Below are positions 48,303 through 61,097 of a stretch of 64,000 bases of DNA, piece after piece. The notes under the pieces were generated by a model. That model was not told the origin of the DNA and did no database searches. It worked only from the letters and a program-made list of their open reading frames with translations. Every line of letters begins with the position of its first letter. Position 1 is the stretch's first letter. A program made the position numbers and the translations under genes. This stretch comes from Eledone cirrhosa (lineage: Eukaryota): contig OZ024758.1 in the NCBI GenBank assembly GCA_964016885.1, positions 9,858,001 to 9,922,000 of the forward strand. Direction: 5' to 3'.

Positions 48303-51300
48303 ATAATTGTTTCTACTTTAGGCACAAGGCCAGCAATTATGCAGTGCATTACTGGTACTTTATTTTATCGACCCCGTAAGGATGAAAGGCAAAGTCAACC
48401 TCGGCGGGATTCGAACTCAGATCGTAAAGGGACGTAACTCGGCTGCAATTTCTTCCAGCCGTTTAGTGATTGTTCTTCGAGACAACCTAATCTTTCCAAA
48501 TATTTCCAAGCACAAAATTTCATCAACCGTAAGAAAGCCTTCTTTCACAAATCACTGTTTGCACAATTATTCATAAAATGATGTATTTAACCTATCGGTA
48601 GAGCCGTTTCTTTAGTCTATTTAACCTATCAACAGAGCCGTTTCTTTAGTCTATTTAACCTATCAACAGAGCCGTTTCTTTAGTCTATTTAACCTATCAA
48701 CAGAGCCATTTCTTTAGTCTATTTAACCTATCAACAGAGCCGTTTCTTTAGTCTATTTAACCTATCAACAGAGCTGTTTCTTTAGTGTTTCAAGCTTTCT
48801 AACATCACTTTCCAATTGTTTATACACCGAATGTTTAATATGTGGTGAAGATTAACGATAAATTGTTTAAATTCGTATTTTAGTTCGGAGTACGTCTCTG
48901 TCACAATGATGTTTTTACTGTTATCATGTCTGAAGTAAAAGCAAATATAATCGAACATAAACGTGAAGTGTTGCAGGGATGGTGTTGAAAAGGCATCAAT
49001 GATTGGACAAGAGCACAATATTCCATAACCCATCAACCCCCAACAAACATGTTTTTTATGTAAATATGTTCAATATGGCTTCACTTGCTTTTAATCAAAT
49101 CAATTGTCAGAACAGTTCGGATAAACGCAGCTTGACTGTAAATGCAACGAAATGTCGATACTTGTTATCGTGTGATCATTTGTATATCAAGTATATGAAT
49201 ATCCGTGGATATGAATTATATTAATTGATAAATTAATGATATGTAACCCTGCTAATAGTGAATTAAGTAAAATTAATAAATTTGTTTTAAGTTCATTCAA
49301 TCTAAAACTCATAAAAGTCATTAGCTTCCTGGTGTCGAATCATAATACGTCGGAAATGACTCGGTTTAATATCATAGTGAATACACAACTACAAACCCAC
49401 CTAGTTTGATATACAGGACTGTTATGTCACCATCACAAAAGCTCGGCTTCTAAAAGCTTTAGTGTTTTTATAGTTCACTCACCGACAGTGATAATTGTTT
49501 CTACTTTTGGCACAAGGCCAGCAATTATCCCAGTGCATTACTGGTACTTTATTTTATCGACCCTGTAAGGATGAAAGGCAAAGTTAACCTCGGCGGGATT
49601 TGAACTCAGACCGTAAAGGGCATCCGCCCCTCTACCGATACTGCCAATTCACCGGCAGTAATGATACCGACGTTAAAGTTATAATAATTGCTCGAAAATC
49701 AATGTATTAATACAATTCGTTCTGAGTTAAGCCCATCGACGCTGAACTATGGGATGTTGCGAGAGAGCATAGGATTGTGAGCTAGTAGGACTTTATATAT
49801 TAAGCTCGTTTTTTAAAAATTCCCCATTTAGAATTCAGCCTTTCAGAGATTATTGTCCAATCACAACGGCCTCTGTAATGACTTTACTCGAGATTCAGAA
49901 ATGATATATAAGATACCTGTAGAGAATTTAGTTTTAAAATTCCAGTCAATATCAATATTAAAATTGTCAATTTGCTCGACTTCATTTTAAACCTAAATTG
50001 AAGTAAATATCCTGATAGAAAACCCAACAGAAATGCTCCTAAATAACTTATCTATTTATCTTCGGATGTTCTTATGAGGATAGGCTGAAAAGTTCAAAGT
50101 AATCGAACTTATTTTACAAACAGGATAAAAAAAATTTATTCTGGATGCAGTCCCGCACTCCTTTCTTTATTATAGTAATCCTAGAATATATGGCACACCA
50201 ATCTTGCCAATCTTGGACTCCAAAGATTAAATACGTCCAATGCTATTGCCGTCATTATTGACGGCACTGGTTCTTCTTCTTCTTCTTCTTCTTCTTCTTC
50301 TTGAGAGGGTCGTGGGGGAAGAGTCCTTAAACACCCCTTCCAGCGGGTCCTGTCAGAAGCAACCATCTCCAACTGATCCGGCTCTGGTTCACTAGTTTAA
50401 TATATAACACACTATTTTTTCTTTATATGTTTGACTGAATATTAAATTCTTTATTATTTTTATGTAATTTTATCCTAGAGATATATTTTAGTATTTATTT
50501 ATTTACAAACAGATGCTCTGCCATGATACACCTCTCAAAAGTAAATAGGGTGTGGTGTGGTGTAGTATATATATTTAGTTTGTCAAGCTGACACATCTTC
50601 CTTTATCAAAGTCTGTATTACTGTCACTCCTACATCTCACTAGAATGATTAACTGAAGAAGCAGCATCGAAGTGTAGAAATCTTCACCTACTTCAGATAA
50701 TCATCCTACCCATGTGGAAATATAAGCGCAGGAGCCAAAATAGTAATAATAATAACTGTTTCTACTTTTGGCACAAGGCCAGCAATTACCCAGTGTATTA
50801 CTGGTACTTTATTTTATCGACCCTGTAAGGATGAAAGGCAAAGTTAACCTCGGTGGGATTTGAACTCAGAATGGCAAGGGCCATAACTCTATGCGTCAAA
50901 GCATGGCGTCCGACCCTCTACCGATACTGCCAATCCAATAATAATGATTTCTTTATTTCTTTATTTATTTCTTTATTTCTTTATTTTATTTTAATAATAA
51001 TAATTGTTTCTATTTTAGGCACAAGGCCAGCAATTATCCCAGTGTATTACTGGTACTTTATTTTATCGATCCCTCAGCGGGATTTGAACTCAGAATGTAA
51101 AGGGCCGTAACTCTTTGCTGCAAAGTAAGGCGTCCGACCCTCTACCGATACTGCCAATGATTTCTTTATTAGCCACACAGGGCTCACATTTAGGAAACAT
51201 TAAAGACGGTACAGGACGATAAAACTCTGTATATTAAATCACAACCACCACCACCACCAACGACATCAACACCACCACCACAGCCATCACAACTGCCATC

Positions 51301-51415
51301 ACGAACGACAGCAGCAACAACAAACTTTGCCTTTCATCCATACGAGGTCGATAAAATAAAGTACCAGTAATGTACTGGGTAATTGCTGGCCTTGTGCCAA
51401 AAGTAGAAACAATTA
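48303..51415. mobile_element. Dispersed SINE A copies: 48303-48440, 49491-49655, 50752-50937, 51000-51157 (-); 51322-51415 (+)
   Basis: Matches to the family consensus; the span also includes non-SINE DNA. Confidence 0.8.
48584..48785. repeat. 34-bp minisatellite, 6 units
   Basis: tatttaacctatcaacagagccgtttctttagtc. Confidence 0.92.
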
Positions 51416-52004
51416 TTTATATATATTTTCCTTACTTCCTGTTAACTATTTGAGAAATGTAAACAACATTCAGATAATCAATCTACCATGGCTGACTGAT
51501 TATTTAAAAATTGTTGTGGTACTTCTGCGGTAATTCAATACCACTGGTTGTTGTTGTTGCTGTAGGTCAGCTCTCATTCGATACATCGATTATCAAAAGC
51601 TTTCTATTCGTGACCATCCCATATTCGTGACCATCCATAATGTAGATTTAGACATGCAATGCCGAATGTAACTTGCTACCAACCCACCTGAAACTGCCCA
51701 TGGTTCTACAATACAAAACTGTTTTAAAATGCAGAAAATAACTGCAATTGCAGTCAGTTGCTATGGAAAAGCTTATAAAACTCGCGTAAAGACCCCTGAC
51801 AGACGTAAACATGTTTATCCGATTTGTATAAGCTATTTGTAGCAACGGACTATAATTACAGTTATTTTCTACACTTGAGCACCCGACATCCTCTTATACG
51901 TAAATTTATCTCCCCAGGGGCTTTGAAAGTTCGAAAATTCGGGCATCACACACGACGTTTGTTTTAAAATATTTATATTGCTCTAAAAACTTTCCATTAT
52001 AATT

Positions 52005-52410
52005 TTTTTGCCTTTCATCCTTACGGGGTCGATAAAATAAAGTACCAGTAATGTACTGGGTAATTTCTGGCCTTGTGCCAATAGTAGAAACAATTATAAT
52101 TTTATGTATAGAGTTACGGCCCTTGCTATTCTGAGTTCAAATCCCGCCGAGGTTAACTTTGCCTTTCATCCTTACGGGGTCGATAAAATAAAGTACCAGT
52201 AATGTACTGGGTAATTTCTGGCCTTGTGCCAATAGTAGAAACAATTATAATTTTATGTATAGAGTTACGGCCCTTGCCATTCTGAGTTCAAATCCCGCCG
52301 AGGTTAACTTTGCCTTTCATCCTTACGGGGTCGATAAAATAAAGTACCAGTAATGTACTGGGTAATTGCTGGCCTTGTGCCAATAGTAGAAACAATTATA
52401 ATTTTATGTA
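52005..52410 (+). repeat. Tandem array (period 151 bp, about 2.7 units) of 5'-truncated SINE A
   Basis: ttgcctttcatcc recurs at 52008, 52159 and 52310 with the shared flank ataattttatgta. Confidence 0.88.
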
Positions 52411-52489
52411 AGAACCTTTATTAAGTTACCCGCTTAATAAATACACGCTTGATAATGAGAAAGTTCGATATATTGCTAATTCCTACCAA

Positions 52490-52800
52490 ATATCAGGATT
52501 GTCAAGCCGCTCCTTTTTTAACACCAACCGCAGTCGGGAACTCGGGTGTCCAAGGAACTCGTACAACTGACTTCCTCCGTAAAATCCGAATGACAGCAGC
52601 CCGTCTAAGGAGGAAGCTCCACGAGGTTGGGTGGCTGTTGCAGCGGGTGTCACTGGCCATTGTCCGTGGAAATACCTTTGTCATTTTGTCGGCGGGGTGC
52701 CGCCGAAACACCAGAGCGACTTTGGTGTAGAGTCTGTCACCTTTCCCCTTCCATCTTTCTTTCGTTGCCTAATAATCCTTGCTCTTTGCCTCCTTTTCCC
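52490..52800 (+). mobile_element. CRE-like retrotransposon 3' end (RLE C-terminus)
   Basis: FLTPTAVGNSGVQGTRTTDFLRKI...HEVGWLLQRVSLAIVRGNTFVIL. Confidence 0.7.
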
Positions 52801-53299
52801 CTCCTTTATAGAATTTATAGCCCTTTCCAATACTACTTTCTTCTTTTATATGTTTGACTAAATATCAAATTCTTTATTATTTCTATGTAATTTTATCCTA
52901 GAAATATATTTGAGTATAATTCTGGACCATTTCCAAAATCTCAGGCAGTTTCTTTTATTTAAAATATGGTAACCAAAGGATTGACAGTAGAGTATTGTTA
53001 AGTTTAAACCGCCGTCAACACCGATGAAGCGGCCATATATTGAAACAGAGTGAGATTTCTCTGCTATATTTAGTATATTATTGTTGAGAGATTTGGTTGC
53101 TATGTCTAGCAGGTTTAACATATCTAAAAGTTATTTTTAGCCTCCTCCGACGAGGGAAGGTACATCATATCTGAAGCCTCTCCCTTTACATAGAATGGTA
53201 TCCGTCATTTTTCCTGGATTATCCAATCTATTTTACCGTAAAGAGTCTCTCCTCAATTTTGATCTGCACATTCTTCTTCTATTTTCATCTGCACACCCC

Positions 53300-53540
53300 A
53301 CACCCCCCATCACCACCTCTTCTTATGACCACCTCTTCCCATCACCACCTCCTCCCATCACCACCCCTTCTTATGACCACCTCTTCCCATCACCACCTCT
53401 GCCCATCTCCACCTCCTCCCATCACCACCTCTTCTTATGACCACCTCCTCCCATCACCACCTCTTCTTATGACCACCTCCTCCCATCACCACCTCTACTC
53501 ACCACCGCCTCCTACCACCGATCCTCCACCTTCTCCTCCC
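53300..53540. repeat. C-rich minisatellite (catcaccacctcttcttatgaccacctc variants)
   Basis: Read directly from the sequence. Confidence 0.85.
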
Positions 53541-54014
53541 AATAAGTACTTTGTTCACCTTTGACGTTAGTTAATTACCAGAAGTGAATACTTAGTATTT
53601 CCTCACCCCCACCCCCACCCCCTGTCTTCCCGTTATTACATGCCGAGATATGCCTCACTACTCATCATAAGGTTTCGTGGAATTTATTACAAAAAAATAA
53701 TAATAAATCAACTAGAAATATAATAGAGAAACACAAGAGCTGACATAACGTCATCCATGTGATTGGAGGAAGAAGTCGAATAATTATTGTTTCCACTTTT
53801 TGATGGGTGGGGGTGGGGTGGGGGTGGGGGGAGTTGATTAAACCGGTCCGAGTGCATAACTGGTACTTTATTTATCGAACCCATAAGGATGAAAGGCAAA
53901 GCTAACCTCGGTGGGATTTGAACTCAAATGTAAAGATCCGAAACTATATGCCACAAAATTGCGTCTTTCATCTTTACGGGGGTCTATAAAATAAAGTACC
54001 TATACTGCCAATAA

Positions 54015-54204
54015 ATAATGGTTTCTGATTTTTGGCACAAGGCCAGCAAATACCCAGTGCATTACTGGTACTTTATTTTATCGACCCCGTAAGGATGAAA
54101 GGCAAAGTTAACCTCGGCGGGATTTGAACTCAGAATGGCAAGGGCCGTAACTCAATGCGCCAAAGCATGGCGTCCGACCCTCTACCGATACTGCCAATCC
54201 ACCG
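54015..54204 (-). mobile_element. SINE A; further copies at 55648-55828 (-) and 60058-60207 (+)
   Basis: Consensus match; the 55648 copy is flanked by the duplication atagaataat. Confidence 0.85.
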
Positions 54205-54485
54205 ATAATACTGTGTTTTTAAATGTTTTTTTTTTGTTTCATTTTTTTGTTTTTGTTTTTTTTACTTCCTCCAAAATGAAATGATAAAAATTTGTTATGG
54301 AAAGTCTATAGTTTGGTTCTTCATTTTATTGAAAGTATATAACTAGATTAGCAACTTGCTTTATTTTAAACATTTTTGCAGAATCAATAAATAATTTAGA
54401 CTGTTATAAAAACACGCTACATACCATCAATAATATCTTTTTAACAAATAGAATATTGAATATAAATATATACATACATGCACAA

Positions 54486-54531
<46 letters not shown>

Positions 54532-54540
54532 CATGCACAA

Positions 54541-54635
<95 letters not shown>

Positions 54636-54637
<2 letters not shown>

Positions 54638-54798
54638 TAAGTTATTCCGGGTTGAATCGGATGTAACCACAGTAAGGTACTCAATACATAGATGAGTATA
54701 AAAGTTTTAATATAGATGAGATTTCATTCTTTAGAAATCATCAGGAATCTCCTGATGATTTCTAAAGAATGAAACAGTTCTAGTCCTGTAGAATCTCA

Positions 54799-54806
<8 letters not shown>
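54636..54806. mobile_element. (TA)n-flanked fold-back cassette with a split hammerhead; homolog of the 33430 element
   Basis: Inverted arms 54709-54746 and 54750-54806; plus strand CTGATGA 54752, GAAA 54771, cag/ctg, GUA. Confidence 0.7.
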
Positions 54807-54831
<25 letters not shown>

Positions 54832-55470
54832 AGTTGTCGGGACTACCATGAGTTTCGCGCACACACACACGTGTGTGTGTGTGTATGTTTGTGAGTACAC
54901 ATACACATATATGTATAAACTAGCTATCAAATTGAGATATCAAATAAAAACAAGATATTAAAGTACCAATATTGAAACTTTTATATTCTAAGCAGAATGA
55001 TTTCTTTCCAAAATATTTATGATTCTAAATGTTGACAATCGAATAAAGCAATCTATTTTTACTATTTCATATCTGGCGTCAGATATATTTTATATTAATT
55101 TTTTGTTTACAGTGGTTTGTTATAAATGCAGCTTTTGTCAAATAGACATTTGAATTGATAAATTCCTTATCTCTTCATCGCTAGATATCTGCTTGGGGCA
55201 ACAATAGTATGTAACTTTCCTATCACGGTGACGAGTAGATATTGTTATGGAAAAAAATACAACAAACAACGTGATAATGTCGTTTATAAGCTAATGGCGA
55301 AAGATAGAGAGAGAGAGAGAGAGAGAGGGGGGAGTGGGGTGAGTGGAGAAAGACAGAGACAGTGGTTGGAGAAGGAGAAGAGAGAAAGAGAGAGGGGTGA
55401 AGAGAGAGAAAAAGAGACAGGGTGAGATTATGAGGGAGAGATTGAGAGGAAGAAAGAATGAGTGTGTGTA

Positions 55471-55506
<36 letters not shown>

Positions 55507-56115
55507 AGAAAGAGAGAGAGGGGGAGAGGGGTAGAGCGTATTGAATGACACTTCAGTTGAAACTCTAAAAGAGAGGCTCAGCGATCGATATTGTTTTTAA
55601 AATGTTATTGATCCAAGAGACCAGAACAACAACCGGCTATTATATAGAATAATTGTCTCTACTTTAGGCACAAGGCCAGCAATTACCCAGTGCATTACTG
55701 GTACTTTATTTTATCGACCCCGTAAGGATGAAAGGCAAAGTCAACCTCGGCGGGATTTGAACTCAGATCGTAAAGGGACGTAACTATGCTGGAAAGCATG
55801 GCGTCCGACCCTCTACCGACACTGCCAATAGAATAATGAAAGTGTAAAACCTACGTAACATAATGACAGTTTGAAACTCCATCTTTACAGCATCTGGCGG
55901 CCCCGGTGGTCAGGGTGACCGTGGATTTTGTAGCCTTTCTCCACGAGTAACCCTCGGGGATCTACATGTATGTATACATCGCTATTTCAGAGCACCAATC
56001 TTAATACCTAATTTTTGCTGGACCGGCAATCGCTCTGTATAATCACCTCCTGACTATTACTGGAATTCTATAAGAATCCAGCTTCTATAATTTTCGGCGA
56101 AAGCAGGTAGTGCGT

Positions 56116-56157
56116 GGCTCTGATGATCGCCAACCAGCGTGAAACAGACTGTCAGCT
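56116..56157 (+). ncRNA. Compact type I hammerhead ribozyme fold
   Basis: Stem I ggct/agct; CTGATGA 56120-56126; stem II t-cgc caacca gcg-t; GAAA 56141; cagactg; GUC. Confidence 0.8.
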
Positions 56158-56316
56158 TCTCTCCCTTCTTTAGCCGAAAAGAAGTAAGTGACATAGTCAC
56201 TACTTTACAACCGATAGCGTATAGTCTTCAAAATGTTTTTAATTAAACATACCGTATATTGCCAAAAATACTATACATACACTCATGTATACAACGCTAT
56301 TTCAGAGCACCAATCC

Positions 56317-56380
<64 letters not shown>

Positions 56381-56919
56381 ATTTCATAAATATAGAAGTG
56401 AAATATAATGAAATACATTAATTAGCTTAGTTTAACTTTTCTTGCAGTCAGAATCAATTTTGTTTATCTAGATGACTTAAATATATAGTATATCAAATTG
56501 AGCCACTATCTAAATAGTGCACTTATTCAACCTCTCTAGTTTTAAGGGCGAGTCCTATCATAATCTCCACAGGAGTTCTTTGAAATACCATCTCTGTCAT
56601 AGGATGACGTTATAAAGAAAATTTTGAAAATATTACTGTGGTTTATTTTTATCTTATTTCCTCTGTGTACAGTGAATGACAAATACCAAAGGTAGCACAG
56701 TACAATATAGAATTCTTTTCATTTAGCACGTAGTGTATGTTGGTGGTTGTATCTCCTAGTAATGTACTTAGAATGTGAGGCGGTGGATTGGTAGAATCGA
56801 ATGTCGGACATTATCTTCGTCGTTCTACACTGTCTAAGATCAAATTCCGCCGAGATTAACTTTGCCTTTCATCCTTTTGAGGGCGACAAAAAAAAAAAAT
56901 ACTAGTCCAGTACTAGAGT

Positions 56920-57026
<107 letters not shown>

Positions 57027-57239
57027 GAAATCGGCTGCGTTTAGAAACTCAGAGAAGGGATGGGCTCCACCTGGTTTAAAATGCCCAAAACACAATGTGT
57101 GTCATGATGTCGCCCGACGACTCCATCTCTACACAACAGGGTAAACACTAAAAACCACCAGGAACAAGATAAATAACAAGACTGGTGCTGTACACCAGCA
57201 GAAGAAGACTACATTCCACCACCCCTTAAAATAAAACAC

Positions 57240-58062
57240 CACAATGTTGCATACGACCCAGGAACATGGATGTGTAACTCCACAGTACTGCATACAACCC
57301 AGGAACATGGATGTGTAACTCCACAGTACTGCATACAACCCAAGAACATAGATGTGTAACTCCACAGTACTGCATACAACCCAGGAACATGGATGTGTAA
57401 CTCCACAGTACTGCATACAACCCAAGAACATAGATGTGTAACTCCACAGTACTGCATACAACCCAGGAACATGGATGTGTAACTCCACAGTACTGCATAC
57501 AACCCATGAACATAGATGTGTAACTCCACAGTACTGCATACAACCCAGGAACATGGATGTGTAACTCCACAGTACTGCATACAACCTAGGAACATGGATG
57601 TGTAACTCCACAGTACTGCATACAACCCAGGAACATGGATGTGTAACTCCACAGTACTGCATACAACCCATGAACATAGATGTGTAACTTCACAGTACTG
57701 CATACAACCTAGGAACATGGATGTGTAACTCCACAGTACTGCATACAACCTAGGAACATGGATGTGTAACTCCACAATACTGCATACAACCTAGGAACAT
57801 GGATGTGTAACTCCACAGTACTGCATACAACCCAGGAACATGGATGTGTAACTCCACAGTACTGCACATACCTCAGGAACATGGATGTGTAACTCCACAG
57901 TACTGCATACAACCTAGGAACATGGATGTGTAACTCCACAATACTGCATACAACCTAGGAACATGGATGTGTAACTCCACAGTACTGCATACAACCCAGG
58001 AACATGGATGTGTAACTCCACAATACTGCACACACCTCAGGAACATGGATGTGTAACACCAC
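57240..58062. repeat. 41-bp minisatellite, about 20 units
   Basis: ccacagtactgcatacaacccaggaacatggatgtgtaact. Confidence 0.95.
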
Positions 58063-58936
58063 TGTTGTTGTTGTTGGTGGTGGTGGTGATGGAGGTTGGC
58101 ATGGTGACGATTGTAGTGGGGGTGTTTGTAGGAGTGTTTTTTCTTGTTTTACTCTATTAAACAGCTAAATACTGTTAAGCTCAATTACTAGTATTAATTA
58201 ATTGATTGATTAATTAAGACAACAAAACATGGCAGAAATATGTGAAAGCGTCCGGAAAGGAATTTTAAATAATTCTTCAATGTGTTGGAATGTAGTGGGA
58301 AGTGAATCTGCATGAGACTAATTACTACTAGGGTCGGTTAAAAATTTCATTGACTGACTATGAAGGAGTGATGCTAGAGCTGTGAAATCTTGCGTGCAAC
58401 AATTTCAACTCTTCTTATTAATAACGGCATTGTTTTTTTTTTCCAGTGACTGTTAAATGATAAAACTCATTTCGTCATTCCATGAGAGTATTTTTCAGTT
58501 TGTGAACTTTTCAGCCGACCCTCGTATGTAGACTTACGAACGCAGCATGGTAATCATTACGTAGGGTTTCCATCCCACCGTATGGGATCTTGGGCCGCTC
58601 AAGTGTCATTTACCATAGCCATTGGGTTGACTCATGACTTGTAAATAAAACTAGGTAGACCGAAACTATTTGGAAGCCCGCCAGATGGACTCTACCTATA
58701 CTCACATTAACGGGTGAAACTTATCGTACACTAAGCCATGCTGAACCTTCCTGGAAATTACAGAGTACACCTGTCTGTGGAATAATCAGCCACTTAAACA
58801 TTAATTTCATGAGCAGGTGGCTCCATCTGTCAAACAACTGGTATAATCATTGTCAAAACCGACGAAGATCCATTCACATCTGTGGACTTGTTAATCCTCA
58901 TCATCATGATAATCTAGCCGGTGATGAGGGACCTTT

Positions 58937-59295
58937 TAAAGTCCCCAACCTTTTTTATCATCGACTGGTGACCTTACATCTAAAGTCCTCAACCTTTTTT
59001 ACCATCGACTGGTGACCTTACATCTAAAGTCCCCAACCTTTTTTACCATCGACTGGTGACCTTACATCTAAAGTCCCCAACCTTTTTTACCATCGACTGG
59101 TGACCTTACATCTAAAGTCCCCAACCTTTTTTATCATCGACTGGTGACTTTACATCTAAAGTCCCCAACCTTTTTTACCATCGACTGGTGACTTTACATC
59201 TAAAGTCCCCAACCTTTTTTACCATCGACTGGTGACCTTACATCTAAAGTCCCCAACCTTTTTTACCATCGACTGGTGACCTTACATCTAAAGTC
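58937..59295. repeat. 44-bp minisatellite, about 8 units
   Basis: taaagtccccaaccttttttaccatcgactggtgaccttacatc. Confidence 0.95.
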
Positions 59296-60552
59296 TCGAG
59301 CTTCGCTGCCATTAATTGGTCATCGTTTTGCCTAAGTTTTACTTTGGATATTTCAAATTATTTCTTTCCTAGTGGGAGTTTAGTTAAGGCATTCGTTTCT
59401 GCTTGCATTATATACTCTGGCGGGAGCTGTGGATTGGCTGAGTCGGTAGAGCGTCAGACAAAGGCTTAGACGTATTAGTTATGTTCTTTAAGTTCTGAAC
59501 TCCTCCAAGGTTAGCTTCACCTTCATTCTGGTCGATTTAATTGACTCCCCCCCCCAATTGTTGGTCTTGTACCTAAATCAGAAACCATTATATACTGGTA
59601 GATTGGCAGAGTCTTTAGAGCCTTAGACTTAGGCGTATTTATGCTGCTCTTTAGTTTCTAAGTTCAAATCCTGCCGAGGATTCATCTATAAAATAAAGTA
59701 CCAGTCAAATACTAAGGGCGATATAATCGATTTTCGCCTTCCCATAAATTGCTGGTATTGTGCCGACATTTTAAACAATTATATACTATCACCAGGGCAG
59801 TAGATAAGCAGCGTTGTTAGAACTTCGGACATATTTTTAGCAGTATTTGTTGAAGCACTTTAAGGTCTGATTTCAAATCCTGCCGAAGTCAATTTTACCT
59901 TTCATCCTTCTATGGTTGATAAAATAAAGATTCCAAGATATTGTGTTTCATATAGTTAAGGTCAAATTTAATAAACAAAATACTAATGAACTTCAGCTAC
60001 AGGATTTGAAAGATAATCACAGACCAGACAGAAAGAAGAAAGCACAGTTTTACTCTTCTTTGACGCATAGAGTTACGGCCCTTGCCATTCTGAGTTCAAA
60101 TCCCGCCGAGGGATTAACTTTGCCTTTCATCCTTACGGGGTTGATAAAATAAAGTACCAGTAATGCACTAGGTAATTGCTGGCCTTGTGCCTAAAGTAGA
60201 AACAATTATTATTATTTTGCCTTTTATGTTCGACTGAACGTAAGAAATCAATCTAACTTTAGTTGTTCTTTTGTGACCATTGTATAAGTGCAATAACAAC
60301 AAAAAATGGCTTTTATTTCTTTTCCTCAGTCAACCAATCACCATTAGTTAACCGCGGCGTTCACACACACACACACACACACACCTCACCACATACACAC
60401 ACTACATACACACGCACACACTACATACACACGCACACACACACACACATAAATGTACATATACAAAATAGAATAGAACACCCACAACGTATAAACAACA
60501 ATGATGATGACAACAACGAACTATGCTTATTAATAGCATCATGGATGTTGCC

Positions 60553-60616
<64 letters not shown>

Positions 60617-61012
60617 AAAAATAGGAAATTTTCTGATGAGAAAGTAGATTTTATTTACGAAATGAACTGCGTGCTTAACATTTATTATACATTGTCATAC
60701 ATTGTCAAAAAAGTATAAGCAAGAAAATGTTCTCATTTCTAACAACTGTACGTTTTTAACTGCCTCTTCAACAATATAACATCATTAGTAGTATATATTT
60801 CAAAGAAAGAAATTTCAAATAAGTATATGATGTGTTCAATAAGCAGATCTTAGTTTAGTCGGTTTTACCCAAACTATATTACTGGTATGTATTTGATCAA
60901 CTCTAGAATAGAAAAACGTAAATTCACAAACATACATGCTCACATGCAGGGACAGACACTTACACACGAACAAATACACACGCACACACACACGCACGCA
61001 CACACACGCACA

Positions 61013-61097
<85 letters not shown>

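Noticed and set aside
56672-56700. Possible second exon in phase with the ATG at 35608
   Set aside because: Good acceptor, but a weak donor (gtagca) and an immediate in-frame stop otherwise
57129-59295. CRISPR-like regular repeats and associated ORFs
   Set aside because: Head-to-tail units without unique spacers, no cas genes, eukaryotic context
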